A stretch of 55,385 nucleotides of DNA from a virus (lineage: Duplodnaviria; Caudoviricetes), in IMG/VR virus record IMGVR_UViG_3300046804_004030, positions 1 to 55,385 of that record; one strand, given 5' to 3'. The position numbers and the translations under genes were made by a program. The first letter of the stretch is position 1; every line of letters begins with the position of its first letter. Shown in pieces: positions 17,460-25,418 of the stretch. Below the pieces are notes generated by a model. It was not told the DNA's origin. It saw only the letters and a list, made by a program, of their open reading frames with translations, and did not search any database.

Positions 17460-17570
17460 GTCAGTGAACTCCGTTGGTTGGTGAGCGCAACTAACCACCA
17501 ACTAAGTCGGTGACTCAGCTGGTTAGTTAGCTACAGGCAGGAGAGGCTACACCTCTCCCCCATGCCCACA

Positions 17571-17627
17571 ATTATACAGCATCACGGCCCTTAGTGCCAT
17601 CCTTTGCTTCGATTCTGTAACATTAGC
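17571..17627 (-). promoter_or_regulatory. sigma70-type promoter with upstream GCTAATGTTACA box
   Basis: TATAAT at 17571-17576, TGGCAC 17 bp upstream, box at 17616-17627. Confidence 0.7.
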
Positions 17628-17899
17628 TATGGCCGGTTTCTAAATAGCTAGATCGGCTCTGGTCCGCAGTAGAACCGCCTAGGCTTAGCGTTTCTGCTCA
17701 GCGAAAGGGCCTGCTGGCCTTAGCGTTCTGCGGCCCTGTGAGCAGCCTGGCCCCAGATCCGCAGTCAGCTACCGATCAGCTCAGTCAGCCGTCTTCCCGG
17801 CCCGGCTACCGACCACTGGCAGCGTCATTAGCGATCGACTCGCGTAGTCAGCTGGATAGTGACAGCTGCAGCAGGGCCAGACCACATGACGCCGGTTAG

Positions 17900-18178
17900 T
17901 CAGCGACGCACCGGCTCACTTTCCATGATCTCGACCTCACCCTTCCAGGTATTGACCAAGATCATTGCCGCACCGAAGTCAATCTTGCGGTCAGCCAGCA
18001 GCTTGCCACTTGAGTTACGGCACTGATAAACGAACTTATCAGACTTACCTGTCGTATCAGCATTGCGAGTAATTTGATGCGACAGGTCAGTTACCTTGTC
18101 GTAATTAGTGGCCTTGTAGATACCGTGCAGCCACTTGAAACCAGCTTGGTTGCACTTGACATTAACTTGTTCAGTCAT
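17900..18178 (-). CDS. hypothetical protein
   Basis: Start overlaps upstream stop. Confidence 0.6.
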   Translation of the reverse strand: MTEQVNVKCNQAGFKWLHGIYKATNYDKVTDLSHQITRNADTTGKSDKFVYQCRNSSGKLLADRKIDFGAAMILVNTWKGEVEIMESEPVRR

Positions 18179-18674
18179 GGGAAGTAAAGTGAACGATGAT
18201 AGTTTGACACCAATAAAGTGTACCACTATTGTCGGGTACGCAGGTAGCCGCAGTCAAATAGTCAGGAAGCCCAGGTAAGTGAACGTCCATGACCGAAGAA
18301 AGAAACACAGGGCCAACTTTCTCAGCCCCGAGCGCAAATAAGCTGCGCCCTCCCTGAATAATTAGATAGCCGATCCAGTTCAGGTAGTAACCGCGCTCCT
18401 CGTCATCAGCAATGAATCCAGGATTGTCAGATACCATTGCCGATGCCCAGTCAGCCGGGACAACATACTGACGCTCTGCCGTGCCAACCTCCTCGACGAG
18501 GTAGGCAGTGAAGGCCCTGTACGCAGCCAGAATCTCCCGCTCAGTGAGGTTATCAACTGAATCAGTGAACAACTCGGCTGCGTAGGCAGTGAATAGCTCA
18601 CGCAGCCTTTCCGTTTCCTCAAAGTCACCAAACTCCTTGGTAACCAAGTCAGCAAACGGAGTATTCTGGATCAT
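18171..18674 (-). CDS. hypothetical protein
   Basis: ATGA overlap; 167 aa. Confidence 0.7.
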   Translation of the reverse strand: MIQNTPFADLVTKEFGDFEETERLRELFTAYAAELFTDSVDNLTEREILAAYRAFTAYLVEEVGTAERQYVVPADWASAMVSDNPGFIADDEERGYYLNWIGYLIIQGGRSLFALGAEKVGPVFLSSVMDVHLPGLPDYLTAATCVPDNSGTLYWCQTIIVHFTSHD

Positions 18675-19213
18675 GGAAAATAGCCATCGTGCCAGCTTTG
18701 TGATTCCTCAATCTGAGCCAGGAACCTGTCGCACATTAGCTTAGCCTTCTCGCCCGACAAAGTTTGTGGATCGCTGTCAAAGTTGAGTGGTCCGTGGTAG
18801 TCAGCTAGAGACTTGTAGGCAGATGCCAGGGTAACAGGGTCGCTAGATAGCAAGTCAACAACAAGCTTATCAAAGCTGCTGCCAATGAACTCAGCAACAC
18901 TACTAAGGCTGGCGCAGTTACCAAACCATGCACATAAGTTAGGATGAAATCTGTTGTCGCTTACCCCGATCCATCCGAGCGCACTACTGGATTGGTCGTC
19001 AACAACTGACATAACCTGCTTAACCGCAGTAAGCCGCTCAAGCCGAATGCTGTAAGCTAGCCTGCTCTCAGATGAGTCATCTGAGTCGGTCATCACAATT
19101 AGCTCGGGGCAGTAGATACCACGCCTGTCAACCAAGACAAGCGCGCCACCATGTTCGTAAGGATCGACGTCACCGATGTTAGCGACGCACCAGTAAGAAG
19201 GTTGCTGAGTCAT
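18671..19213 (-). CDS. hypothetical protein
   Basis: NIGDVDPYEHGG...YHGPLNFD; 180 aa. Confidence 0.7.
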   Translation of the reverse strand: MTQQPSYWCVANIGDVDPYEHGGALVLVDRRGIYCPELIVMTDSDDSSESRLAYSIRLERLTAVKQVMSVVDDQSSSALGWIGVSDNRFHPNLCAWFGNCASLSSVAEFIGSSFDKLVVDLLSSDPVTLASAYKSLADYHGPLNFDSDPQTLSGEKAKLMCDRFLAQIEESQSWHDGYFP

Positions 19214-19508
19214 TGTTGGTTAGGATTGAAGTCAGGGTCAACTTTCTGAATCAGTGCAGCAACTGCTTGACCAAGCAGGTCAATGTTGTCAAGCGCCTTG
19301 CTTAACTTGGCTTCCAGGTCACTGATGCGACCATCAAAGTCAGCAAGCTCTTGCACTAGCTCGGGGAATGGTCAGGCTGCTCGTCGCCAAGTGTGTAACG
19401 ACGATGCCAGCAAACCATAGTGCCGACATTGTACCACTCACGCGAGCTCTCAGCAAAGTCATCTTGCCTGATCTCGATAGTCAGGTTGCCGTGCTTGATG
19501 GTTTCCAT
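19210..19508 (-). pseudogene. apparently truncated gene followed by an out-of-frame orphan tail
   Basis: 19508-19356 encodes METIKHG...CWHRRYTLGDEQPDHSPS; the -1 frame continues FPELVQELADF...NPNQQ to 19210. Confidence 0.35.
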
Positions 19509-19513
19509 GTCAG

Positions 19514-19681
19514 TTAGTTGTTGTAGGGATTGGCCCAGGAAGTCACCTGCTGGTCAGTAATCAGCCCGTCACGGTGCAGGCAGTCAATGAAAATGCACCA
19601 TGCCTCGCCAGCAGCTGGCTTGTCAGTCTTGTCGAAAGTAAACCGTTGATTGAACTCTCGTCTAGCTTGCTTGTAAGTCAT
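19514..19681 (-). CDS. small hypothetical protein (55 aa, not in ORF track)
   Basis: MTYKQARREF...EAWCIFIDCLHRDGLITDQQVTSWANP; ATGA overlap. Confidence 0.65.
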   Translation of the reverse strand: MTYKQARREFNQRFTFDKTDKPAAGEAWCIFIDCLHRDGLITDQQVTSWANPYNN

Positions 19682-19965
19682 CGGAGATCATCGTTGTTTT
19701 CTTCAGCCAGCCAGTCATAAACCCAGCGAGCAAGCTCAGCGAGGCTGCCGTAACGAGCCTCGCGTTCGACCATTGTCCAGTAAGTCAGCGAAGTGTACTT
19801 AACAAACCACTGCTCATCGTTAAGGACAACGAAACAAGCTGGCTTCTTATCGTCGGCATCAAACCAGTCAGGCTCAATGCAGTTTTCTTCGGCAATGCGC
19901 GAAGCGTAGAACTCAGCGCATGGAACTTCCTTAGCAGAAGCAAGAAAGCTATCGAAGTCAGTCAT
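19678..19965 (-). CDS. acidic hypothetical protein
   Basis: Overlapping operon packing. Confidence 0.65.
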   Translation of the reverse strand: MTDFDSFLASAKEVPCAEFYASRIAEENCIEPDWFDADDKKPACFVVLNDEQWFVKYTSLTYWTMVEREARYGSLAELARWVYDWLAEENNDDLR

Positions 19966-20266
19966 TGTCATCATCAACAGTGAGGACGTAGTAGTAGCCA
20001 ACATGATCGCTACCGCGAGCAACTACCTTCATCTTGGACAGGAAGCCAGTCGAGAAAGGCTTGTCAGTGAACCGCTCCATCCACTTAGTCAGTGCAGCAT
20101 CGTGACCGTCAGTACTGCTGTATGGCGCAGGAATCCTGACCTGCCACTTAGTTTCCGAGTCGCGCTGGTGAGTGGCGAAGTAGTGAAGCGAGCCGCGATA
20201 GTAGCGACACTCAGTCTTGACACAGACACCGACAAGTAAGTCAGTGATCGGCGGAATGGTTTGCAT
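19958..20266 (-). CDS. hypothetical protein
   Basis: CCAACCAACCAACGACC leader. Confidence 0.7.
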   Translation of the reverse strand: MQTIPPITDLLVGVCVKTECRYYRGSLHYFATHQRDSETKWQVRIPAPYSSTDGHDAALTKWMERFTDKPFSTGFLSKMKVVARGSDHVGYYYVLTVDDDND

Positions 20267-20295
20267 GGTCGTTGGTTGGTTGGGGTGGGGCGAAG

Positions 20296-20529
20296 TCAGG
20301 CCAGATGACCGAAGGGAACTGGGATTGGCGGCTTCTCAATAGTCGGCCGCACTACCTTGCTAACTGATCTGTCTTTCCAGTTAGCGCAGCAGCGCGTACT
20401 GATGTAGTACCTTGCCGCAGGATCAGCCATCTGATACTCAGTTAGCATCTTTCTGGCTAGCAAGCGATACGGAAACTCATCGACGGTCTCCAGATAGCGA
20501 CTGTCTTTGCGTTGGATGTAGTAACTCAT
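20296..20529 (-). CDS. hypothetical protein
   Basis: YIQRKD..LETVDEF...YYISTRCCANW. Confidence 0.7.
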   Translation of the reverse strand: MSYYIQRKDSRYLETVDEFPYRLLARKMLTEYQMADPAARYYISTRCCANWKDRSVSKVVRPTIEKPPIPVPFGHLA

Positions 20530-20738
20530 TTGTCAAGCTCAGTCAGCTTGTCAACGTTGATGACTTGCTCAAGATCAATGCCGTTGGTCACTGTCAGATC
20601 GAAACGATCATTGTCAGTACCATCGCGAAGATTCTCAAGTTCTTCCTCAGTCAACTTCTCAACATTGATAAGAAAGGCAGTATCAAGTGAGAAGTAGCTG
20701 CCATCAGTGGACAGCACAACGTAGTCAGCGAAGTCCAT
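20526..20738 (-). CDS. small highly acidic protein
   Basis: D/E-rich 70 aa; first gene after the 20.8-kb promoter. Confidence 0.65.
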   Translation of the reverse strand: MDFADYVVLSTDGSYFSLDTAFLINVEKLTEEELENLRDGTDNDRFDLTVTNGIDLEQVINVDKLTELDK

Positions 20739-20805
20739 AGTGAGCGAAGTAGGTGACTTAGTTAGCGAGTGCGACTGCGGGATACACTCTCCCCATCGCC
20801 CTCTA

Positions 20806-20862
20806 ATTGTACCGCAACAGGGCTAAATGGTCAAATTCGTGTTGCGTAGTTGTAACATTAGC
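20806..20862 (-). promoter_or_regulatory. sigma70-type promoter with upstream GCTAATGTTACA box
   Basis: TTGACC (20829-20834)-N17-TACAAT (20806-20811); box at 20851-20862. Confidence 0.8.
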
Positions 20863-20920
20863 GGCTGGGCTGATCCTACATACTTTTACCGGACTCTTCC
20901 CGTAGCAGAAGCTGAGTCGC

Positions 20921-21526
20921 TTAGTCAGCAAGAGATCCCAATTGCTCAGCCATTGCCTCTGCGATACCCAGATAAGTTCTCGACCTATTCTTCTGACGAT
21001 CTTTTCCTGGTGCTTCCCAGTGAACCTTAGCTTTCTCGGATGAGTGCATACCGATCATCCGCTCAGATACGTTATTTGACGCACGCAGCAAGGGAAGCCC
21101 CTTTAGCCACAAGCATGTCCCTTTCCTTTCTGGATGGCCATGGTGGAAAGGTTGAATCTTTTGCGTATAAGCCGTCTGATTACTTAGCCGCTCTCTTGCG
21201 TAGCCGTGCATGATTGGATTCTCAATGCAGATCCTTGGACAGGGATGATCAAGGAATAAGTTAAAGAAGTTGACCGCATCAATCATCTTCTCCCATCGCC
21301 CACTTACTCTCTTGAGCCATTGCACACCGCTCTGGGCGAGGTAGGTACAAGGAGGAAAAGCGATAATCAGGTCCCAGTCTTGACTAAGTAAGTCACGAAC
21401 GTCGCCAACGTAGTGAGGCCCCGGCGACTCAGTTTCAAGAATGTCACACGAGATGGCATCATGACCGCGCTTAATAAACGCATCACGCACTCTGCCACTA
21501 AACTCGCAAGCAACTAAAACCTTCAT
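20921..21526 (-). CDS. short DNA cytosine-5 methyltransferase-like protein
   Basis: VLVACEFSG (motif I variant), DAISCDI, DLIIAFPPC (catalytic PC), IENP, RSRTY.GIA.AMA.Q. Confidence 0.8.
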   Translation of the reverse strand: MKVLVACEFSGRVRDAFIKRGHDAISCDILETESPGPHYVGDVRDLLSQDWDLIIAFPPCTYLAQSGVQWLKRVSGRWEKMIDAVNFFNLFLDHPCPRICIENPIMHGYARERLSNQTAYTQKIQPFHHGHPERKGTCLWLKGLPLLRASNNVSERMIGMHSSEKAKVHWEAPGKDRQKNRSRTYLGIAEAMAEQLGSLAD

Positions 21527-22038
21527 GAGTCTCCTGGTAGGGTTGGCAGCTTTCTACGCTTAGCCAGCGTAGCAACAATCTCTTCCATTGTCATCTTATT
21601 CATACAGTCCCACTCATTAGTTTGTATCACCTTCCACAAGCAAGGTGGCATACTTTTCTCAGAGAAGCTAAACTGGTAAAAGTCACCCAGTCCGTCAAGA
21701 CACAGAACAAACTGCTTGGCTCGCTGCTTCGCTTCGTACGCTAGATAGTGAAGCTCGATCCACTTGAGCAACTTAAGTTGCGTACCTTCGTAGCGATCGA
21801 CCTTGTGGTCAGGAACAGCGTTCTCCCAGCCTTCCTCTAGCTTGACTGGTTTGTCATTCAGCTTGGTGCCCTGCTTAGCTGCATACCACTCAAGTACGTC
21901 AACCATCTGTGAGTTATTAGACCACTCAAAGATGTCAGGAGCGATGAAAGCTACCTTGCGACCATTGGCGACAAGGTTGCAAGTATGTCCACCAGGGCAG
22001 CGACGGACACCGCGAACCTCAAGAATGATGTTCCTCAT
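21523..22038 (-). CDS. hypothetical protein
   Basis: ATGA overlaps at both ends. Confidence 0.7.
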   Translation of the reverse strand: MRNIILEVRGVRRCPGGHTCNLVANGRKVAFIAPDIFEWSNNSQMVDVLEWYAAKQGTKLNDKPVKLEEGWENAVPDHKVDRYEGTQLKLLKWIELHYLAYEAKQRAKQFVLCLDGLGDFYQFSFSEKSMPPCLWKVIQTNEWDCMNKMTMEEIVATLAKRRKLPTLPGDS

Positions 22039-22538
22039 TTAATAAGATCAGAATACTTAGGTAGTGATTCAAGCTTGATAGCTGGTGACTTAGCTTGACG
22101 CCAAGCGACGATTGGCGAGTGGTGCCATGTGCCAAGCCACACTGAAGCGAGCTTAGTTGCTGGCACCTCGTCAATGTAGTCATCATTGACACGTTCCCAC
22201 TTATAGAAAACGATGTCAACGACAGCGCCAATAGATGCTTGGCCAGCTAAGTCCCAGCATACAAAGTCAATAGCGTTCAACTTTCTGAACGAAAGATTCT
22301 TGTACCAGCTATCGGCAGTTACCGTAAGAGCCCGCTCACTAATGAACTTAGTGTGCTGAGCCTCTAAGCGTGGCGCAGAAAAGTAACTTTCATCAGAATG
22401 TGGGTCGTAGCCTGCTGGTAGTAAGCAAACCTTGGCAGCCCGGAAAGCCAAGCGTTCCTTGTTACCAAGAAAGCTCTTGACTTCCTGAAGCCGCTCAACA
22501 GTTTCCTTGCGCGTGAAGCGAAGTGAGTTACGCCGCAT
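22035..22538 (-). CDS. hypothetical protein
   Basis: 167 aa, operon packing. Confidence 0.6.
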   Translation of the reverse strand: MRRNSLRFTRKETVERLQEVKSFLGNKERLAFRAAKVCLLPAGYDPHSDESYFSAPRLEAQHTKFISERALTVTADSWYKNLSFRKLNAIDFVCWDLAGQASIGAVVDIVFYKWERVNDDYIDEVPATKLASVWLGTWHHSPIVAWRQAKSPAIKLESLPKYSDLIK

Positions 22539-22776
22539 ACTCAGTTACACAGTCAGGGCGACCGAGCTTAGTGGCGAAGACGTGAGCAATGGACCTTCCA
22601 GCCGATGGACATAAGTCTTCGATCTTGCCTAATCTAAGATCGCTTGACCAGTGAGCTATCGGACCGAGAAAGCCACCGAGCCTCCATGTATCTAGGTGAG
22701 TTAGGCCATACCCGTAAGCCTGGTACTCCGCCCAAGTAACTAAGCGGCCTGCTTGACTCAGCTTGTAGAGTGGCAT
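22528..22776 (-). CDS. hypothetical protein
   Basis: Operon packing. Confidence 0.55.
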   Translation of the reverse strand: MPLYKLSQAGRLVTWAEYQAYGYGLTHLDTWRLGGFLGPIAHWSSDLRLGKIEDLCPSAGRSIAHVFATKLGRPDCVTEYAA

Positions 22777-22778
22777 AA

Positions 22779-23210
22779 TCAGACTCGGATGTTGTCAAAG
22801 GTCAGGTAAATCTTGCCGTTGTCACCAACGTCAGCATGAATCTCACCATACTTTTTGGCAAGTTTGTCAAGGATGCTGCCTACTTCTTCTGGCCAGTCAG
22901 ACTCCTCCCAGAAGCCGCAGCCATGACCGTTAGCAGTCATGATGAAGTCACGCTCAGTCTGATAGTCACTATTAGCTGTGCCAGTGTAGAAGTCATCAAT
23001 AGATGACCAGTCATCACCGATCTTCTCAGTGATCTCCTTCTCAGCCTCCTCAACGAAAGACTGAAAGCGCCTGCTTAGCTCCTGTAGGGAGTCAGCATCA
23101 ATGTCCTCAGGTGTGTAGTTAGCGTCAAGTGGCTCACCACCTGACTCGTCCGCGTTGTCAGTTTCTGACCAGAGCAGTGTTTCTGCAAGTTGACGAAGTG
23201 ACGGGTTCAT
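22779..23210 (-). CDS. acidic phage protein with DF..T.NGHG.GFW motif
   Basis: ETLLWS, DFIMTANGHGCGFWE, VGDNGKIY. Confidence 0.75.
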   Translation of the reverse strand: MNPSLRQLAETLLWSETDNADESGGEPLDANYTPEDIDADSLQELSRRFQSFVEEAEKEITEKIGDDWSSIDDFYTGTANSDYQTERDFIMTANGHGCGFWEESDWPEEVGSILDKLAKKYGEIHADVGDNGKIYLTFDNIRV

Positions 23211-23434
23211 TGCTCGTTGTTAATAGCTTGGGCCATGTAAACAGTACGGCCAGCTACCGTACACATACCGCAGTCAGTCAGATGAATCAGTCCGCGACGT
23301 TCAAGTGACTTAGCGATCTTGATGCTTAGCCGGTCGGCTGGAACATAGAAGCGAGCGTCAGGATAGGGAGCACGCTGTATGAAGTTAAGCATCTGCCGCT
23401 GCAGATAACCAAGTCCAGCAGTTGGGTTAGTCAT
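23207..23434 (-). CDS. small winged-helix-like protein
   Basis: LQRQMLNF...IAKSLERRGLIHL. Confidence 0.55.
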   Translation of the reverse strand: MTNPTAGLGYLQRQMLNFIQRAPYPDARFYVPADRLSIKIAKSLERRGLIHLTDCGMCTVAGRTVYMAQAINNEQ

Positions 23435-23802
23435 GCAGCCGCCTCGTTAGCTTGCGACTTCTGCCACGAAGCAATCTCTTGGATGCGATCGTGAATCTCG
23501 TTGATGATGTCGTTAGCAAGCTCCTTGCAGTTAGTGCGCTTCATCACCGAACAAGTGAACCATTCGGGATGACCATAGGCACCACCAGTGAAACTGTTGT
23601 CACCAGTCTGGTAGTTCCAGCTAATTGACGCAGCCTCAAAGTCAAAGGTGCAGCCGATAGTTACCTCGATACCAGGAATGTCACCATCACCCGTCTCAAT
23701 CAGCGTGTCAGTGCCGATGTCTTGCTTGAGCCCGCGAAACAGTGAGTAGAGATCCTTGCGAAGCTGAGGAACATCGCCAAGGATAGTCAGATTGCCTTTC
23801 AT
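23431..23802 (-). CDS. hypothetical protein
   Basis: WNYQTGDNSFTGGAYGHPEW; CAACCAACC leader. Confidence 0.7.
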   Translation of the reverse strand: MKGNLTILGDVPQLRKDLYSLFRGLKQDIGTDTLIETGDGDIPGIEVTIGCTFDFEAASISWNYQTGDNSFTGGAYGHPEWFTCSVMKRTNCKELANDIINEIHDRIQEIASWQKSQANEAAA

Positions 23803-23821
23803 GGTTGGTTGCGGTAGTAGA

Positions 23822-24172
23822 TCAGGCAGCGTAGTTACCAAGCTCGAACTCCTGAAGCTCGCCGTGCGCGATAGCAACGCAGGCTCCAGTGATTAGCTTG
23901 CTGCGATTGTTAATCAGCCACTGAGTCTTGAAGGTATCGCGCTCAGGAAACGCTTTCCAGAACCAGTGCGTAGCAAACTCAACGCAAGCGGCTGACGCAA
24001 GCGGAAGGTAGCTGTTGACTGAATGAGCAACAGGCGTAGTTACCTTGTAAATAGACTCAAGCTCACGCCTCAGCGCGTTCCACTGGTTGCCATCGCAGTT
24101 CTCAAGGTAGATAATCAGTGAGTTAAGACAGTCAGCATAAAGCTGCTTGTCGTAGTTAGCGAACGCAGTCAT
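23822..24172 (-). CDS. hypothetical protein (start at MTAFANY)
   Basis: Lies downstream of the extended -10 at 24225. Confidence 0.65.
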   Translation of the reverse strand: MTAFANYDKQLYADCLNSLIIYLENCDGNQWNALRRELESIYKVTTPVAHSVNSYLPLASAACVEFATHWFWKAFPERDTFKTQWLINNRSKLITGACVAIAHGELQEFELGNYAA

Positions 24173-24224
24173 GAAGTTAGCGTTTCGTTGGACAGCAGCG
24201 CAAGGCTTCGCCCGCGCATGACTC

Positions 24225-24233
24225 ATTATATCA
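24225..24233 (-). promoter_or_regulatory. extended -10 promoter TGaTATAAT
   Basis: Perfect TGnTATAAT on minus strand; TGTCACA at 24271 at almost the same offset as the box in the 17.6 and 20.8 kb promoters. Confidence 0.6.
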
Positions 24234-24484
24234 TGTAAGAATCCTGCGCGGTGGATAGTATGAAAAATAGTGTCACACGATCTGCTGCTTAGCAGTCGCA
24301 TGAGTCTCATAGCTGAAAGCCGATGCTCTCAATAGGACCGCCGCAGTGGTCGCAGCGAAGTACGCAGCCAGTGCGATTAACTTGGTCAGTCAGCACACGC
24401 CAGTTCTTACTCAGTGCAAAGTTGCTACGCTCCTTGCCACAGCAGTCAGCGCAAATCTTTCTGCGGTCAGCCGTGTAGACGTAT

Positions 24485-24733
24485 CTAAACCTTTGCTTGG
24501 TTACGAAAATGAGATCGGTTAATCTCAGGGTTTGGGATGCAGTCGTCATCAATACTGTCCTTGATTCGTTTGTAAAGCTTTCTCATTCGTTTCTGACATT
24601 CCTGCCAGGCTTCTTGCTTAGGTGGCTTGTCACCATCCCATAGCATTCCTACATAGTGAGGACCAGCGCGGTAAAGAAACTTGATGCACACAAGAAGCAA
24701 GCGCTTTTCAAAGTTGGAGAACTCCATTGTCAT
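24485..24733 (-). CDS. hypothetical protein
   Basis: Operon packing. Confidence 0.5.
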   Translation of the reverse strand: MTMEFSNFEKRLLLVCIKFLYRAGPHYVGMLWDGDKPPKQEAWQECQKRMRKLYKRIKDSIDDDCIPNPEINRSHFRNQAKV

Positions 24734-25418
24734 CAGGCAGGTGTTCAGTCAAGATGGATTCAATCTGTTTCCAGTCAACAGCTTTCTCAATATTTGCCTT
24801 CGCTTCCTTTCTGATGTCCGCCAGCTCAGGCTCATCGAACTCCCTACTTAGGATGCTGCACAGCTCAGCCATGAACATCTCATTGCGCATTGAATCAATG
24901 CGATCCTTCACGGTTATCGCCTTCTTCTTATCCGGCGACCGTGAGTATTCTTGGATAGTGAACACCTTATGAATGGCGCTATCAACGTCAAGCAATGCGT
25001 TGATTTGCGCATCGTTGAGGCCAACTTGCTTCGCTTGAATGGCGATTTTTGCCCTGGCAACGTTGTTAAGTGAAACGCGCCAAGTTACCTCTCGTTTAAT
25101 CAGCTTGTAGAACGAGTTGTAGACGGCAATCTTTTTAGCAAGCTGCTTTAGCCTCCACTCAACACGCTCTCGCGACTCACCTTCATGGAGTCCAGTTTGC
25201 TGAAGCTCGTCATTCAGCGTTTCGACTGCTTTGAACATTGACTGACGTGCGCAGTAAACCTCATGATACAAAGCACGCAGCTCGTCAACATGAATGGTTG
25301 CCAGCTCACTAACCAAGACAGTTCGACCAAGAGCCTCGCTGTTTACCTTGAAGATGTGTGAGTAGTTTTTATCAGGATTCTCAGCCTGTTCTCTCATCGC
25401 TGCGGTAAGCGTTGTCAT
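24708..25418 (-). CDS. helical hypothetical protein
   Basis: 236 aa, ATGA overlap. Confidence 0.7.
   Translation of the reverse strand: MTTLTAAMREQAENPDKNYSHIFKVNSEALGRTVLVSELATIHVDELRALYHEVYCARQSMFKAVETLNDELQQTGLHEGESRERVEWRLKQLAKKIAVYNSFYKLIKREVTWRVSLNNVARAKIAIQAKQVGLNDAQINALLDVDSAIHKVFTIQEYSRSPDKKKAITVKDRIDSMRNEMFMAELCSILSREFDEPELADIRKEAKANIEKAVDWKQIESILTEHLPDDNGVLQL

Noticed and set aside
8740-24500. CTRAC words as spliceosomal branch points, or region-wide avoidance of restriction sites
   Set aside because: ORFs are uninterrupted phage genes, and GATC, GGCC, CCGG and CGATCG all occur in the region
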